A stretch of 63,574 bases of DNA, filler included, from Methanobacteriota archaeon (GTDB lineage Archaea > JACRDV01), in the NCBI GenBank assembly GCA_024860865.1. It is 6 parts of 6 records of this genome, joined end to end, with 100 filler letters (N's around TTAATTAATTAA, not from the genome) between each part and the next. Parts side by side here need not be neighbours in the genome. Positions count along the whole stretch, not along the records: positions 12,490 to 30,051 come from JACRDV010000124.1; positions 30,152 to 37,161 come from JACRDV010000019.1; positions 37,262 to 54,896 come from JACRDV010000123.1; 3 more parts are not named here. One strand, written 5' to 3'. Position numbers and translations under genes: made by a program. This document shows, one piece after another, positions 28,073 through 37,913 of the stretch. The notes below the pieces were generated by a model. It was not told the DNA's origin. It ran no database searches and was given only the letters and a program-made list of their open reading frames with translations. Positions within the stretch are counted from its first letter, which is position 1. Each line of letters opens with the position of its first letter.

Positions 28073-30051
28073 TTATTTCCCCTCAAATATCTCCTCTTCA
28101 ATTTTGCGCTTTTTAATTTCCTTCTTAATCTCTATCTTCCTTCTAGCAATCCACATTGCGACAGCTAAGGAAGCAGCACTAGTTGAGGAAAAGAACCCTG
28201 TTAATTTGTATGTTGCTTTTTTCTTTGCATTTGAAGCTAGCTTCAATTTTTCATTAATTTCGGTAGCCTTAGAATCACCTAAGTAAACATACGCATTGTG
28301 GGCATCGTTGTAGCAATTTACTGCCTGAGTATAGACTTCCCTTTCATCAAAGAAACCCTTTTCCTGTTTCATGAGCTGATCTCCCTTTACAGCCAAAAAG
28401 TCTGCTTTAGCAGTGTAGTTGAGTATATCATAGGTATACTTCACATATAGACCGCGGGAATAATCCATAGCCTCTGGATTTTCAGCAATCCTATAAGCCT
28501 GAAAGGCTAAAGCAAAAAATTTTTTCTTTTCTTGGAGAGTTTGCGTTTTATCAGTGGCATCCTTAAAGAAATCACCGTAATTTTGTGCAATTTTTTTCTG
28601 TAAGTAAGGAACAACAGTGTTGTAAACTTGAGATCTAAATTCTTTCTCTTCGGTAGAATAAATTTCCATACTTTTGGTGTGTTTATAACCGTTCATCAAA
28701 GTTTCAAAATTATCTTCGTAACTTCCAGCCGCTATGCCTTCGTTTAGTTTATTTATGCTTCTAAAGGTGTCTAAAGTTGTTGTAGCAAGCATTGATATAA
28801 CAACTGAGTGTGCAGTTTCAAGTTTTTTGTTAAAGAAATTCACAGCGAAAGCTTTAGCGTTATTCAATTCTGATGGTGCTGAGATTTCCTTTAGGCCATT
28901 TATAGCTCCGACAAATTCTTTGTCTACAAGATTAAATCGAACTTTAGCAGTCTTGGGCGTTATATATTTGGGGGATATTCCAACTCGCCAAACATATTCG
29001 CCCCAAACTGCTTTATAAGGATCAACATCTGGCTTTAAACTGATGTTACTGCTGGAGGATGGCATTATCCTGGAAATCGATGTGGGATTTGCTTTGAGCC
29101 AACCTCGCACTAACTTCTCATCAAGTTCTTTAGGCCTTTCTATGGATTCAACATCTATTTTCACATCTGATAACGGTGAATATCCACCGCTCTCTTTTAT
29201 TTTAATCGAACGAAGACTTTGATTCATACCAAAATCGATATTATCGCTTGAAATTTCCATAATAGGAAATGGGATGTTAAAGCTTAAAGAAACATTAAAA
29301 TTTTTAAGTTGTTCGCCAGTTTCAGAAGTTGGTCTAAAAATTAAAATTCCAGAATATTTACCAGGGGGTGTATCGAGCGTTGGTTTAACCTTAACTTTAA
29401 GAGAACTAGAGCTACCCCCACTAATTTTCCAAGGACTTGGCTCAATCGAAACAAAATTTTTTAGGCTTTCTGGAATATCTGTACCGATATCTATTGAATA
29501 GCCACCAGTTATTTCATCAGCATATACTAAATCTGTTTTATTCTCGGTGCACCTTAAATTCCCAAAATTGAGCGAGCTTCGATTAAAATAAAGTCTTGGT
29601 TGAGGCCATTTCAAAATTAGCGTAAAGCTCAAGGAACCATTTTTTCCTAACGGTGTAGAAGTTGCTTTAAGGGTTGCAGAAAACTCACCCTGTGTGAATC
29701 TTTTTGGTAGGTTTAATTTAATAGTATTGCTACTGCTATTGCGTCTCGCTAGATTGGAAATAGTAGGTGCAGAAAGAGAAGCATAGCTCGAAGCATTGCG
29801 TAATTCAAAAGTAACTTCAGTTGCATTAAGCTTTCCTTCATTCGCTACCGTAAAATCAATTACTCTTTCAATTGGATTAATAACGGCCTCCGGCATTATA
29901 ATAATAGGACTACTAATACCAGTTATCTTGAGTTTTGGTATTGCTTTTGTTATAGTGATGGTTTTGTTAGCGCTTCGTCCACTACCTAAAGTAATGTTAG
30001 CTGCTTGAGCCTCAACATAGATTTGTAGCGTCATGTTAGCCGAAAATTTAC
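28073..30051 (-). CDS. Large surface protein: tandem Ig-like domains, helical region, C-terminal TM, EEIFE tail; 5' partial
   Basis: Frame open to the contig edge; FTVANEGKLNATEV, LNFGNL, DTPPGKYSG.L, IDFG repeats; ends RRKIEIKKEIKKRKIEEEIFEGK. Confidence 0.7.
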
Positions 30052-30151
30052 NNNNNNNNNNNNNNNNNNNNNNNNNNNNNNNNNNNNNNNNNNNNTTAAT
30101 TAATTAANNNNNNNNNNNNNNNNNNNNNNNNNNNNNNNNNNNNNNNNNNNN
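30052..30151. other. Artificial contig linker
   Basis: N run plus TTAATTAATTAA. Confidence 0.99.
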
Positions 30152-30159
30152 CAGCTTGG

Positions 30160-30678
30160 TTGATTTTGGTCACAATTTTAACTTATACTCTATCGAAAAG
30201 AGAAATGAGTTTAGAATTGAAAAATCTGATGTTTGAATTGGGTAAAGTTTTTGGTTTCTTAGTTGCTTTAGGTCTACTGTTTACCTCTTGGAAAGTAATT
30301 ACAGCTATCATGAATCCTGCGAAGTTCGCCTATGTATCTCTTTTATTAACAGAGTCTTTCAGTTTATCATTCTGGGGCATTGAAATCCTATTAGGGGCGA
30401 TTGTTCCGTTCTTAATCGTTTTCATCCCAAGGACTGGCAAAACATTTTCAGGATTATCTGTAGCGGCTCTTTTATGTCTAATGGGTATATTCATGGTGAG
30501 ATATGATTGGACAGTTGCGGGCCAAGTTATTCCTGTTAGAGGATTGCCTTCCCTTTTGTATATTCCATCTTACATAGAGGCTCTAATCGTAGTTGGAATA
30601 GTGACACTTTGTGTTTTGCTTTATACATGGGGTGTAAGGAACCTTCCTTTAGAACATAAAGCAGTTATTCCTACATAA
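30160..30678 (+). CDS. NrfD/PsrC-family membrane anchor subunit, 5' partial
   Basis: FWGIEILLGAIVPF, GIFMVRYDWTVAGQ..P, YIPSYIE, LPLE. Confidence 0.82.
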   Translation: MILVTILTYTLSKREMSLELKNLMFELGKVFGFLVALGLLFTSWKVITAIMNPAKFAYVSLLLTESFSLSFWGIEILLGAIVPFLIVFIPRTGKTFSGLSVAALLCLMGIFMVRYDWTVAGQVIPVRGLPSLLYIPSYIEALIVVGIVTLCVLLYTWGVRNLPLEHKAVIPT

Positions 30679-30811
30679 CCAGAGTAATTTTTTAAGTATA
30701 TTAAATTGATTTTTTTTAAAATTAATTTAATTTTTAAGTCTCACTTTGCCATTACAATAAAGCTTACTTACCACAAACTTCTTTCTTCCCTTTACTTTTG
30801 TAAAAAATTAT

Positions 30812-31318
30812 TTATTTTTTTATTTTCTTTCCAATTTCTATGTATTCATGAATAATCTCTTTTGAAACCCAAGCAATTTCTTCATATCTTAAAACAAGTG
30901 TTGTATATTCTTCAAAAGAAATTTTGTTGAGTATCAGTGCCTCTAGTAGAATACCTAATGTCGATTTCCAATTTATCTTTAAATCCTCAGCAAAATGCCA
31001 AGCCTTTTTATCAGCGCATAAAAAAACCTTTTCATTTTTTTGAATACAAAGCACTAAAGCTTCTGCCTCGCCCTCTCCAAGGCTTTTTGCTAAGCTAACA
31101 ACTAAGTTTCGATATTTTTTTTCAATCGAGCTAATTTCCATCCAACCCTCTTCTAAAGCATTTTCGATGAATAAAATCTCACTAGGCTTAACCTTTGGCT
31201 TTTCAAATATTTCATGGTAAACTGCTTTTGGAATTAAAATTTTTTTATAAAGCTCTTTTAACAATGATAACTTGGCTAATTTTGCGAAATGAATTATTAC
31301 AGAGGAATTTGAAATCAT
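30812..31318 (-). CDS. DUF3368-type PIN-like toxin
   Basis: ISNSSVII.FAK...L.LLKELY.KILIPKAVY.E, LGEGEAEA, DKKA, STLGIL. Confidence 0.85.
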   Translation of the reverse strand: MISNSSVIIHFAKLAKLSLLKELYKKILIPKAVYHEIFEKPKVKPSEILFIENALEEGWMEISSIEKKYRNLVVSLAKSLGEGEAEALVLCIQKNEKVFLCADKKAWHFAEDLKINWKSTLGILLEALILNKISFEEYTTLVLRYEEIAWVSKEIIHEYIEIGKKIKK

Positions 31319-31338
31319 TAGATTACTTCTGCTTAAAA

Positions 31339-31358
31339 AGTAATATTTAAATATTACT
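31339..31358. promoter_or_regulatory. Perfect 20-bp palindrome between the divergent TA genes (putative operator/shared TATA)
   Basis: AGTAATATTTAAATATTACT. Confidence 0.6.
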
Positions 31359-31427
31359 AAATTACTAAATTTAAATAAAAAATAGCAAGTACCTGAAAAC
31401 TTTTGCTATCAAGAAAGAGGTTGAAAA

Positions 31428-31763
31428 ATGGATTCTACTGAAAAAATGGAAAGAACATCGGTGCTCCTGCCACATAAGTATTTAAAAGAAATCGATCAAA
31501 TAGCTGAGGAACAAGGGTTAGATCGAACGACTTTAGTTCGCCAGTTGTTGATTTCTGGAATTAAAGAATATAAAATAAAGTTAGCAGTTGAGCTCTATCG
31601 CGCTGAAAAAATTTCACTGGGCAAAGCTGCAGAAATTGCCGATATTTCAATTTGGGAAATGATGGATATACTTAGAGAACAAAAAATTCCGCTTGCTTAT
31701 CGGCTCTCTGATGCGCGTGAGGAAATAAAAAGGATACTGAAAGAACATAAAATTTCGATATAA
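31428..31763 (+). CDS. UPF0175 family antitoxin (RHH plus HTH)
   Basis: DRTTLVRQLL..G, AVELYRAEKISLGKAAEIADISIWEM. Confidence 0.88.
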   Translation: MDSTEKMERTSVLLPHKYLKEIDQIAEEQGLDRTTLVRQLLISGIKEYKIKLAVELYRAEKISLGKAAEIADISIWEMMDILREQKIPLAYRLSDAREEIKRILKEHKISI

Positions 31764-31807
31764 TATTAACAATTTGTATTAAAAAATGTAAAATAAAAAC
31801 TTTAATA

Positions 31808-32482
31808 TTATAATCCTAATGCACTAATAACTCCGGCAATTCCTTCTCCATCTCTACAACTTGTTTTCACTACTTTTGCATTTGGATTTATCGCATAAAC
31901 ATCTCTTTCTAATTTTTCTACAGCAACTTCCATCGCACTTGCCAAATCTATTTTATTGATAACAACTACATCTGTGCCCATAAAAATGAAAGGGTGTTTA
32001 ACCACCATATAAGGTCCTTCTGTTACACTAATTACAACAATTCGCTTTTCTGAACCTAGAGGAAAATCCGCTGGGCAAATTAGGTTTCCAACATTTTCAA
32101 TAAATAAGAGGTCCACATTGTTTAAATCGACTTTCTGAAGCGCCTTTTTCACAAGATTTGCATCTAGGTGGCATTCCTTTCCAGTATTTATTTGAATGAC
32201 TTCAACACCATGCCTTCCAACTCTATTTGCATCTATAGTGGTTGTTAGGTCGCCATTAAAAACAACAATTTTATATTTATTTTTTAATTTTTGGACTAGC
32301 AATTCAATAAGAGATGTTTTTCCAGATCCTATAGAACCCAAAATATCTATTGCTTTAACTCCATATTTTTTGAGTAATTCCTTGTTTTCTTCCGCAAGTT
32401 TTTCATTTGCTTTAAGCAAATCTGTTTCAAGCTCTATGTCATAAATTTCTCCTTCTTCTGCTTTGATTATTTCTTTAATCAC
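31808..32482 (-). CDS. hypB: Hydrogenase nickel incorporation GTPase
   Basis: GSIGSGKT, INTGKECHLDA, IENVGNLICPA.F.LG, SVTEG, NKID. Confidence 0.96.
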   Translation of the reverse strand: MIKEIIKAEEGEIYDIELETDLLKANEKLAEENKELLKKYGVKAIDILGSIGSGKTSLIELLVQKLKNKYKIVVFNGDLTTTIDANRVGRHGVEVIQINTGKECHLDANLVKKALQKVDLNNVDLLFIENVGNLICPADFPLGSEKRIVVISVTEGPYMVVKHPFIFMGTDVVVINKIDLASAMEVAVEKLERDVYAINPNAKVVKTSCRDGEGIAGVISALGL

Positions 32483-32491
32483 AATTAAACC

Positions 32492-32722
32492 TCATGTCGA
32501 TGTAATATCAGCGCTTAACATTTCGTTCCATAATTGGATCGTTTCTCTAGCTGCTTCCTCGTCTAATACTTGAATTGCAAAGCCAGCATGAACTATAACA
32601 TACTCTCCAACTTGAACATCTACTAGAGAAATGTTTACTTCTCTTGTTGTTCCTTGTCCAAAATCAACTTTTGCAAAATTTCCTTTTTTCTTAATTACTT
32701 TCCCTGGAATGGCTAAGCACAT
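32492..32722 (-). CDS. hypC: Hydrogenase maturation chaperone
   Basis: MCLAIPGKV...VGEYVIVHAGFAI. Confidence 0.97.
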   Translation of the reverse strand: MCLAIPGKVIKKKGNFAKVDFGQGTTREVNISLVDVQVGEYVIVHAGFAIQVLDEEAARETIQLWNEMLSADITST

Positions 32723-32767
32723 AACAATCAGTTTTATCTCTTTAGATATTATTTTTCAAAAAATAAA

Positions 32768-35035
32768 TCATTTTTCATAGCTAGTTGCAATCGCTTGTCC
32801 AAATGAAATTCCACCATCTCCAGGCGGTACTTGGACATTTGTGACAAACTTTAGCCCAGCCATTTCTACTTCCTTTTTTATCGCCAAAGTAATAAACTCG
32901 TTGTATGCAACTCCTCCTGAAAACCCGATTGTATCAATACCCAATTTCTTTGCCTCTTCTATAGCAAGTTGAGCTAGACCTATTGCAATGTAAGATTGTG
33001 CCGAGCATGCTAAGTCAGCAACGGGATATTTGCTCATATTATCATAAATTTGACTTAAAAGATAAGTAGTGTTTAAAGTATTTCCATTTGTTTCAGGAGA
33101 TAACTGAAGCGCATCCTTCCCTTTTATTGCTACTGACTCTAATTTCATTGCTGGTTCGCCTTCATAAGTCCGCTCATAACATATTCCTAATAGAGCCGAA
33201 ACAGCATCCAAAACTCTGCCACAACTTGTTGTTTTGATGAAATTCCCTTGCTTGAGTTGCTTAAGAACAATCTCGACCTCTTTTTCGCCATGTGGAAAGT
33301 GTTTAACATTTGAGAGTAGCCATTTTTCTATATCTGTTGCACTATGAAGTATTCCAACGACCATCCTTGCAGGATATTTAGTCGCTAGGTCGCCGCCGAT
33401 CATAGGTTGCTCTTGGAGATGCCCAACACGTTGGAACCCATTGGAATTACAAAATAAAACTTCACCTCCCCAAACATTGCCGTCTGAACCGTAACCAATG
33501 CCATCGCAGGCAATGCCAATAATCTCTGAAATATTATGCTCGCCCATTAATGATGCGATGTGTGCATGATGATGTTGAACTGGGATAACATTGCATCCAA
33601 GTTTATTCCCTAACTCATGGGCGAGTTTTGTTGTATGAAATCTAGGATGCAAGTCACAGGCCACAACTTCGACTTTACTATTTGTTAACTTTATCAAGTG
33701 ATTTGTGGCACTTTTTAAGAATTCAAAAGTTTCAAACTTCTCTATATCTCCAATATGTTGAGAAATAAAAGCTTTGTTTCCTAGTAGAACGCATGTAGTT
33801 GCATTGAGCTCTGCGCTAATTCCTAATGTACAATGGTTTATAGAATACTTCAAATGGATTGGTGCTGGTGCATATCCTCGAGACCTACGAATTATGCTTG
33901 GAATTTTATTATTAATGCGAACAACTGAATCATCACATCGCTGGGCAATTTTTCTATCGTGAAATAGGAAGAAGTCAACTACAGAACCTAGTTCCTTTAT
34001 AGCCCGGTCATTTTCCTTAATAATTGGCTCATTTGGGGGGTTTGCGCTGGTCATTATAAAAGCAGGTTCTTGCACTTGATCAAACAGCATTGAGTGTAAA
34101 CCAGTATATGGAAGCATAACTCCAATGTTATGTAAACCTGGCGAGATTAAATCTGAAAGATAATAATCATCACTTTTCCTCAATAAAACAATCGGTTTTA
34201 TATACGAAGTTAAAAGCTTGGCTTCCTCCTCGCTTACTTCTGCAAATGTCTTTATCGTTTCTAAATCGCGAGCCATTATTGCAAATGGTTTTTGGGATCT
34301 ATGCTTAGTTTTTCTCAATCTTTTTACCGGGTCGGACCTAGTAGTTGCAGCTGCAATATGAAAACCACCATTGCCTTTTATTGCAACAATATAGCCTTCT
34401 TCAAGCAACCTCCCAGCTTCCCTAATAGGATCTCCGCGTTTAATGAGTTCTCCACCGTTATTTGTTAAAAATATCTTTGGGCCACATTTTGAACATGCAA
34501 CTGTTTGCGCATGAAATCTTCGATTCGATGGATCAGTATATTCTATTTTACATTCGTTGCACATTAAAAATTCTTGCATGGTGGTGTTAGGTCTATCGTA
34601 AGGAAGTTCCTCAATTATACTGTACCTGGGACCACAGTCTGTACACGTGATGAAAAAATAATCGTAACGTCTATTATTTGAATCTCTAAGCTCAGCTAAA
34701 CATTCGTTACAAATTGAGACATCTGGTGGAATTACTGAACCAGAGAGCTCGCCACCTTCAGAGCTTTTAAGAATTGTAAACTTTTCAAACTCTTTCTTTT
34801 CTTCAGAATAATTTGTGATTAGATCATAAATTTGAGCTAAAGGGGGCTTTTTTTCCTCTAAATCGGTGAGAAATTGTTTAATATTATTATCATTTCCTTC
34901 AACAACTATTTCAACACCAGCGTCTCCTCTATTCCGTACAAAGCCAACCAATTTATTTTTTACGGCAATTCGATAGATAAATGGCCGAAAACCTACACCC
35001 TGGACAATTCCTTTAATAGTAATCTCGGCACGCAA
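32768..35035 (-). CDS. hypF: Carbamoyltransferase HypF
   Basis: GIVQGVGFRPF, Zn fingers CTDCGPRY and RRFHAQ..AC..CGP, QHHHAH, DGG.S.GQ. Confidence 0.97.
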   Translation of the reverse strand: MRAEITIKGIVQGVGFRPFIYRIAVKNKLVGFVRNRGDAGVEIVVEGNDNNIKQFLTDLEEKKPPLAQIYDLITNYSEEKKEFEKFTILKSSEGGELSGSVIPPDVSICNECLAELRDSNNRRYDYFFITCTDCGPRYSIIEELPYDRPNTTMQEFLMCNECKIEYTDPSNRRFHAQTVACSKCGPKIFLTNNGGELIKRGDPIREAGRLLEEGYIVAIKGNGGFHIAAATTRSDPVKRLRKTKHRSQKPFAIMARDLETIKTFAEVSEEEAKLLTSYIKPIVLLRKSDDYYLSDLISPGLHNIGVMLPYTGLHSMLFDQVQEPAFIMTSANPPNEPIIKENDRAIKELGSVVDFFLFHDRKIAQRCDDSVVRINNKIPSIIRRSRGYAPAPIHLKYSINHCTLGISAELNATTCVLLGNKAFISQHIGDIEKFETFEFLKSATNHLIKLTNSKVEVVACDLHPRFHTTKLAHELGNKLGCNVIPVQHHHAHIASLMGEHNISEIIGIACDGIGYGSDGNVWGGEVLFCNSNGFQRVGHLQEQPMIGGDLATKYPARMVVGILHSATDIEKWLLSNVKHFPHGEKEVEIVLKQLKQGNFIKTTSCGRVLDAVSALLGICYERTYEGEPAMKLESVAIKGKDALQLSPETNGNTLNTTYLLSQIYDNMSKYPVADLACSAQSYIAIGLAQLAIEEAKKLGIDTIGFSGGVAYNEFITLAIKKEVEMAGLKFVTNVQVPPGDGGISFGQAIATSYEK

Positions 35036-35168
35036 CTTATTTCTCCACTTATATTAGATAAGCATGATTCTATTTTATTTGAATTATTTAATTGATTTTA
35101 ATTTAGAAAAAGATTACAACAAAACCCTCGCGCTTGGATTGGCCAATAAAAAGGTTTCACCATAATCT

Positions 35169-35213
35169 GCTTTGACAGAAATCTTTATGGATATCTAATT
35201 CTATATACGGCAG
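35169..35213 (-). pseudogene. Possible IS110 transposase N-terminal remnant
   Basis: LPYIELDIHKDFCQS resembles the YIGLDxHK first RuvC strand of IS110 transposases. Confidence 0.35.
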
Positions 35214-35235
35214 CTCACTTTATTATTATTCTGAG

Positions 35236-35655
35236 TTAACTAATAGGATTTCTGAATTTTATCTCTCTGTTGTCAAGTTTTATACCCTTCAGATTGATAA
35301 TTTTTTTATCATTGGTCCACATTTCAGCTATTTTGTTATGGAGATAACAACCGATAATTAGAGAATCTCTGCCACCAAGATTATATTTCTCAGCGAGAGC
35401 CAAACAAAATGAAGTAGTTGTTTTTGTTTGGTTTATAAAAATTGTTCTCGAATCATTGATAAAATTTACTAGCTTTTTTCTTGCATCACTTGGTTTCATT
35501 TTGCTTATGAAAACTAAAGTGTGATAAGTTTCATGGATTGCAGTTGGATTAGTATACCAATTTTCCAATTTTGAAATGGCGTTTATCACCATTTTATTTT
35601 CAGGATACTTAGGATCCAAAAAATAAACTAAAATATTTGTATCTAGACCGATCAT
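35236..35655 (-). CDS. VapC/PIN toxin
   Basis: MIGLDTNILVY, IHETYH, LGGRDSLI, TND. Confidence 0.88.
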   Translation of the reverse strand: MIGLDTNILVYFLDPKYPENKMVINAISKLENWYTNPTAIHETYHTLVFISKMKPSDARKKLVNFINDSRTIFINQTKTTTSFCLALAEKYNLGGRDSLIIGCYLHNKIAEMWTNDKKIINLKGIKLDNREIKFRNPIS

Positions 35656-35669
35656 TTTTAAGCCCAATT

Positions 35670-35903
35670 TTAGAACATCTTCATTTCTTCCGGCCTAGCC
35701 AATCTAGGCTTGCCAGTTCGTGGTGGATCCCATCGCGCTATTTCTATCAATCGGTCTTTTTTCTTTGGTATTTTCTTCAAAACAAATCTACCGTTTACTT
35801 TCTCAAATCTCACCAGTTCTCCTTTTTTAAGCCCTAACTCCTCGAGGATATCCTTTGATAGCACTATTCTACCCTTTTCATCAATAGTCGATTCTATTTT
35901 AAT
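35670..35903 (-). CDS. AbrB/MazE-type antitoxin (start uncertain; ATT at 35903)
   Basis: STIDEKGRIVLSKDILEELGLKKGELV.F; the ORF-track start at 35864 cuts off the first strands. Confidence 0.8.
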   Translation of the reverse strand: MKIESTIDEKGRIVLSKDILEELGLKKGELVRFEKVNGRFVLKKIPKKKDRLIEIARWDPPRTGKPRLARPEEMKMF

Positions 35904-36279
35904 CCCACTTCTATTTGTGGGATAAACTATATTTATAATTTGCGCTATATTTATGGAAAAATCCCAGCTCTAGGAAACAAGTTTGGAAGGCCATTTGCTC
36001 ACTTTCTAGAGCTAGGTTATAAGTGATTGGTAAGAAGCTGAACAAAAGAACAAAACATGCTGCACTGTTGGAAGAAAAGAACAAATCTGGCGGCAAAATA
36101 GGTAGTACGTTGCCTCTGTTTTTATAAATTCTATTAACTCTGTGTTCCTACTAATTTTTCCTTTGATATACTCGCCTTAAAACAAATAGATTTTTGTATT
36201 CTTATGATTTGTGATTTTCATGAGGCATAGAAGGCTAGCGTAAGAAAATGATTTAAGTATTAAAATCTAATCATAGTAA

Positions 36280-36504
36280 GTGATGCTTATGGAGCCGAAA
36301 GAGTTTTGGGAAGATAAAAAATGGGCTAGGGAAAACTATTGTGAGCTACAGAAGCAGTTTAGGGATAAGTGGGTTGCCATCGTTGGTAAGAAGGTTGTTA
36401 GCTATGGTGAAAATCGCGGTGATGTTAAGAAGCGTGCTATGGAATTAACAGGCAAGAAGTACATTCCGTTGATATACGTGGAAAGTGGGGCGGCTATCTA
36501 TTAG
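36280..36504 (+). CDS. DUF5678-like small protein
   Basis: WARENY.EL.K.F.DKWVAIV.KKVVSYG. Confidence 0.75.
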   Translation: MMLMEPKEFWEDKKWARENYCELQKQFRDKWVAIVGKKVVSYGENRGDVKKRAMELTGKKYIPLIYVESGAAIY

Positions 36505-36949
36505 GGTCAATCTTGCTTTTGTTAAGCAGTTTGATGTTGAGCTTCTTAAGAAAGTTCCAGATTATGACGGATTATTAAGACTTGTGTGTGATATAAGCTT
36601 CAAGACGACAAAAGGATGGACTGAGGCAGAAGATGCGATAATAGATACTGGCGCACATACGAGCTTACTTCCACTGAGCTTATGGCAAGAACTAGATGTA
36701 AAAATAATCTCAGACCATTATGTGAGAGGACTTGTACCAAAGCCCGAGTGTAAGATAGACGTGAAGGTTGGTTGGGTTACAGGAAAAATCATTGATGAAC
36801 ATGAAAATTCTACTCCTGAAATAAAGTTTAGAGCATTTTTAGCCTTGGTTGATAATATTCCGCTCATAATGGGGTTTAAGGATTTGTTGGAAAGATACCA
36901 TATTGATATCGATGCAATGGTGAGTAAGGCATCTATCGAAACACAATGA
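36485..36949 (+). CDS. Retropepsin-like aspartyl protease family protein
   Basis: AIIDTGAHTSLLP and PLIMGFKDLL; paired with the DUF5678-like gene. Confidence 0.75.
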   Translation: MGRLSIRVNLAFVKQFDVELLKKVPDYDGLLRLVCDISFKTTKGWTEAEDAIIDTGAHTSLLPLSLWQELDVKIISDHYVRGLVPKPECKIDVKVGWVTGKIIDEHENSTPEIKFRAFLALVDNIPLIMGFKDLLERYHIDIDAMVSKASIETQ

Positions 36950-37161
36950 AAGTTATCTTACGAGGAATTGATAAGGACTTTGAAGGAAACTGCTGAAGAC
37001 TTGAGTTTGAGAAATATGAACAAGGAAAAGGTGAGAGAATGGTCAGGATAATTGTAAACTACAAGGATGAGACGTGATAAACAAAATCCGAGAGCTGGGC
37101 AAGGTAATCTACTCATCTGATTTAATTAACGTGATTGGAGCGGATATTCCCAAGGATAGTA

Positions 37162-37261
37162 NNNNNNNNNNNNNNNNNNNNNNNNNNNNNNNNNNNNNNN
37201 NNNNNTTAATTAATTAANNNNNNNNNNNNNNNNNNNNNNNNNNNNNNNNNNNNNNNNNNNN
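37162..37261. other. Artificial contig linker
   Basis: N run plus TTAATTAATTAA. Confidence 0.99.
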
Positions 37262-37262
37262 A

Positions 37263-37376
37263 ACTGTTTTCTTTTTTTGTTCTGGAAAATGTGAGTGCAA
37301 CTTGCTGAAGCTTAGGCGTGTTCCTCGAAAGGTAAAGTGGACTTCTTTTTATAAGGCAAAACTGGCGAAAAAATGA
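37263..37376 (+). CDS. rpl24e: 50S ribosomal protein L24e, 5' partial
   Basis: TVFFFCSGKCECNLLKLRRVPRKVKWT; immediately upstream of ndk. Confidence 0.9.
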   Translation, partial: TVFFFCSGKCECNLLKLRRVPRKVKWTSFYKAKLAKK

Positions 37377-37783
37377 ACGAGCGCACTTTTGTAATGATTA
37401 AGCCCGACGGCGTGGCTAAAGATTGTATCGGCGAGATAATTAAACGCTTTGAGCAAAATGGGTTTAAAATTTTGGCCATGCGAATGGAAAAACTAACGCG
37501 AGAAAAGGCTGAGGAGTTGTATTCTCCTCATAAAGGCAAGCAGTTTTTTAATGAATTAGTTGGTTTTGCAACTTCCGGTCCAGTTGTTTTGATGATTATT
37601 GGAGGGGACAATGCTGTAATTAGAACCAGGGAGATAATCGGGGCAACAGATCCGAAAAAAGCTACTAAAGGGACAATACGCGGTGATTTTGGCACAAGCA
37701 TAACACATAATGTAATTCATGCTGCCGATTCAAAAGAAAATGCTCGAAGAGAAGGTAAACTCTTTTTCAATGAATACTTTTAA
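37373..37783 (+). CDS. ndk: Nucleoside diphosphate kinase
   Basis: ERTFVMIKPDG, GATDP..A..GTIRGDFG, NVIHAADS. Confidence 0.97.
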   Translation: MNERTFVMIKPDGVAKDCIGEIIKRFEQNGFKILAMRMEKLTREKAEELYSPHKGKQFFNELVGFATSGPVVLMIIGGDNAVIRTREIIGATDPKKATKGTIRGDFGTSITHNVIHAADSKENARREGKLFFNEYF

Positions 37784-37913
37784 TAATGAACTCTTAATAG
37801 ATAAGCTTAGGAAAAGCTAATCTACGATTCACGTTCTAAAGATAGCAAATTTGGCGTTCTTTCAAAAGGTTGAAGAAGAAGTTCATGTTTTAAAAAAATT
37901 TAGAGGAGTTAAC

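Noticed and set aside
35966-36013. Inverted repeat AGCTCTAG...CTAGAGCT upstream of the AbrB gene
   Set aside because: Single short hairpin with no second copy or recognisable RNA family
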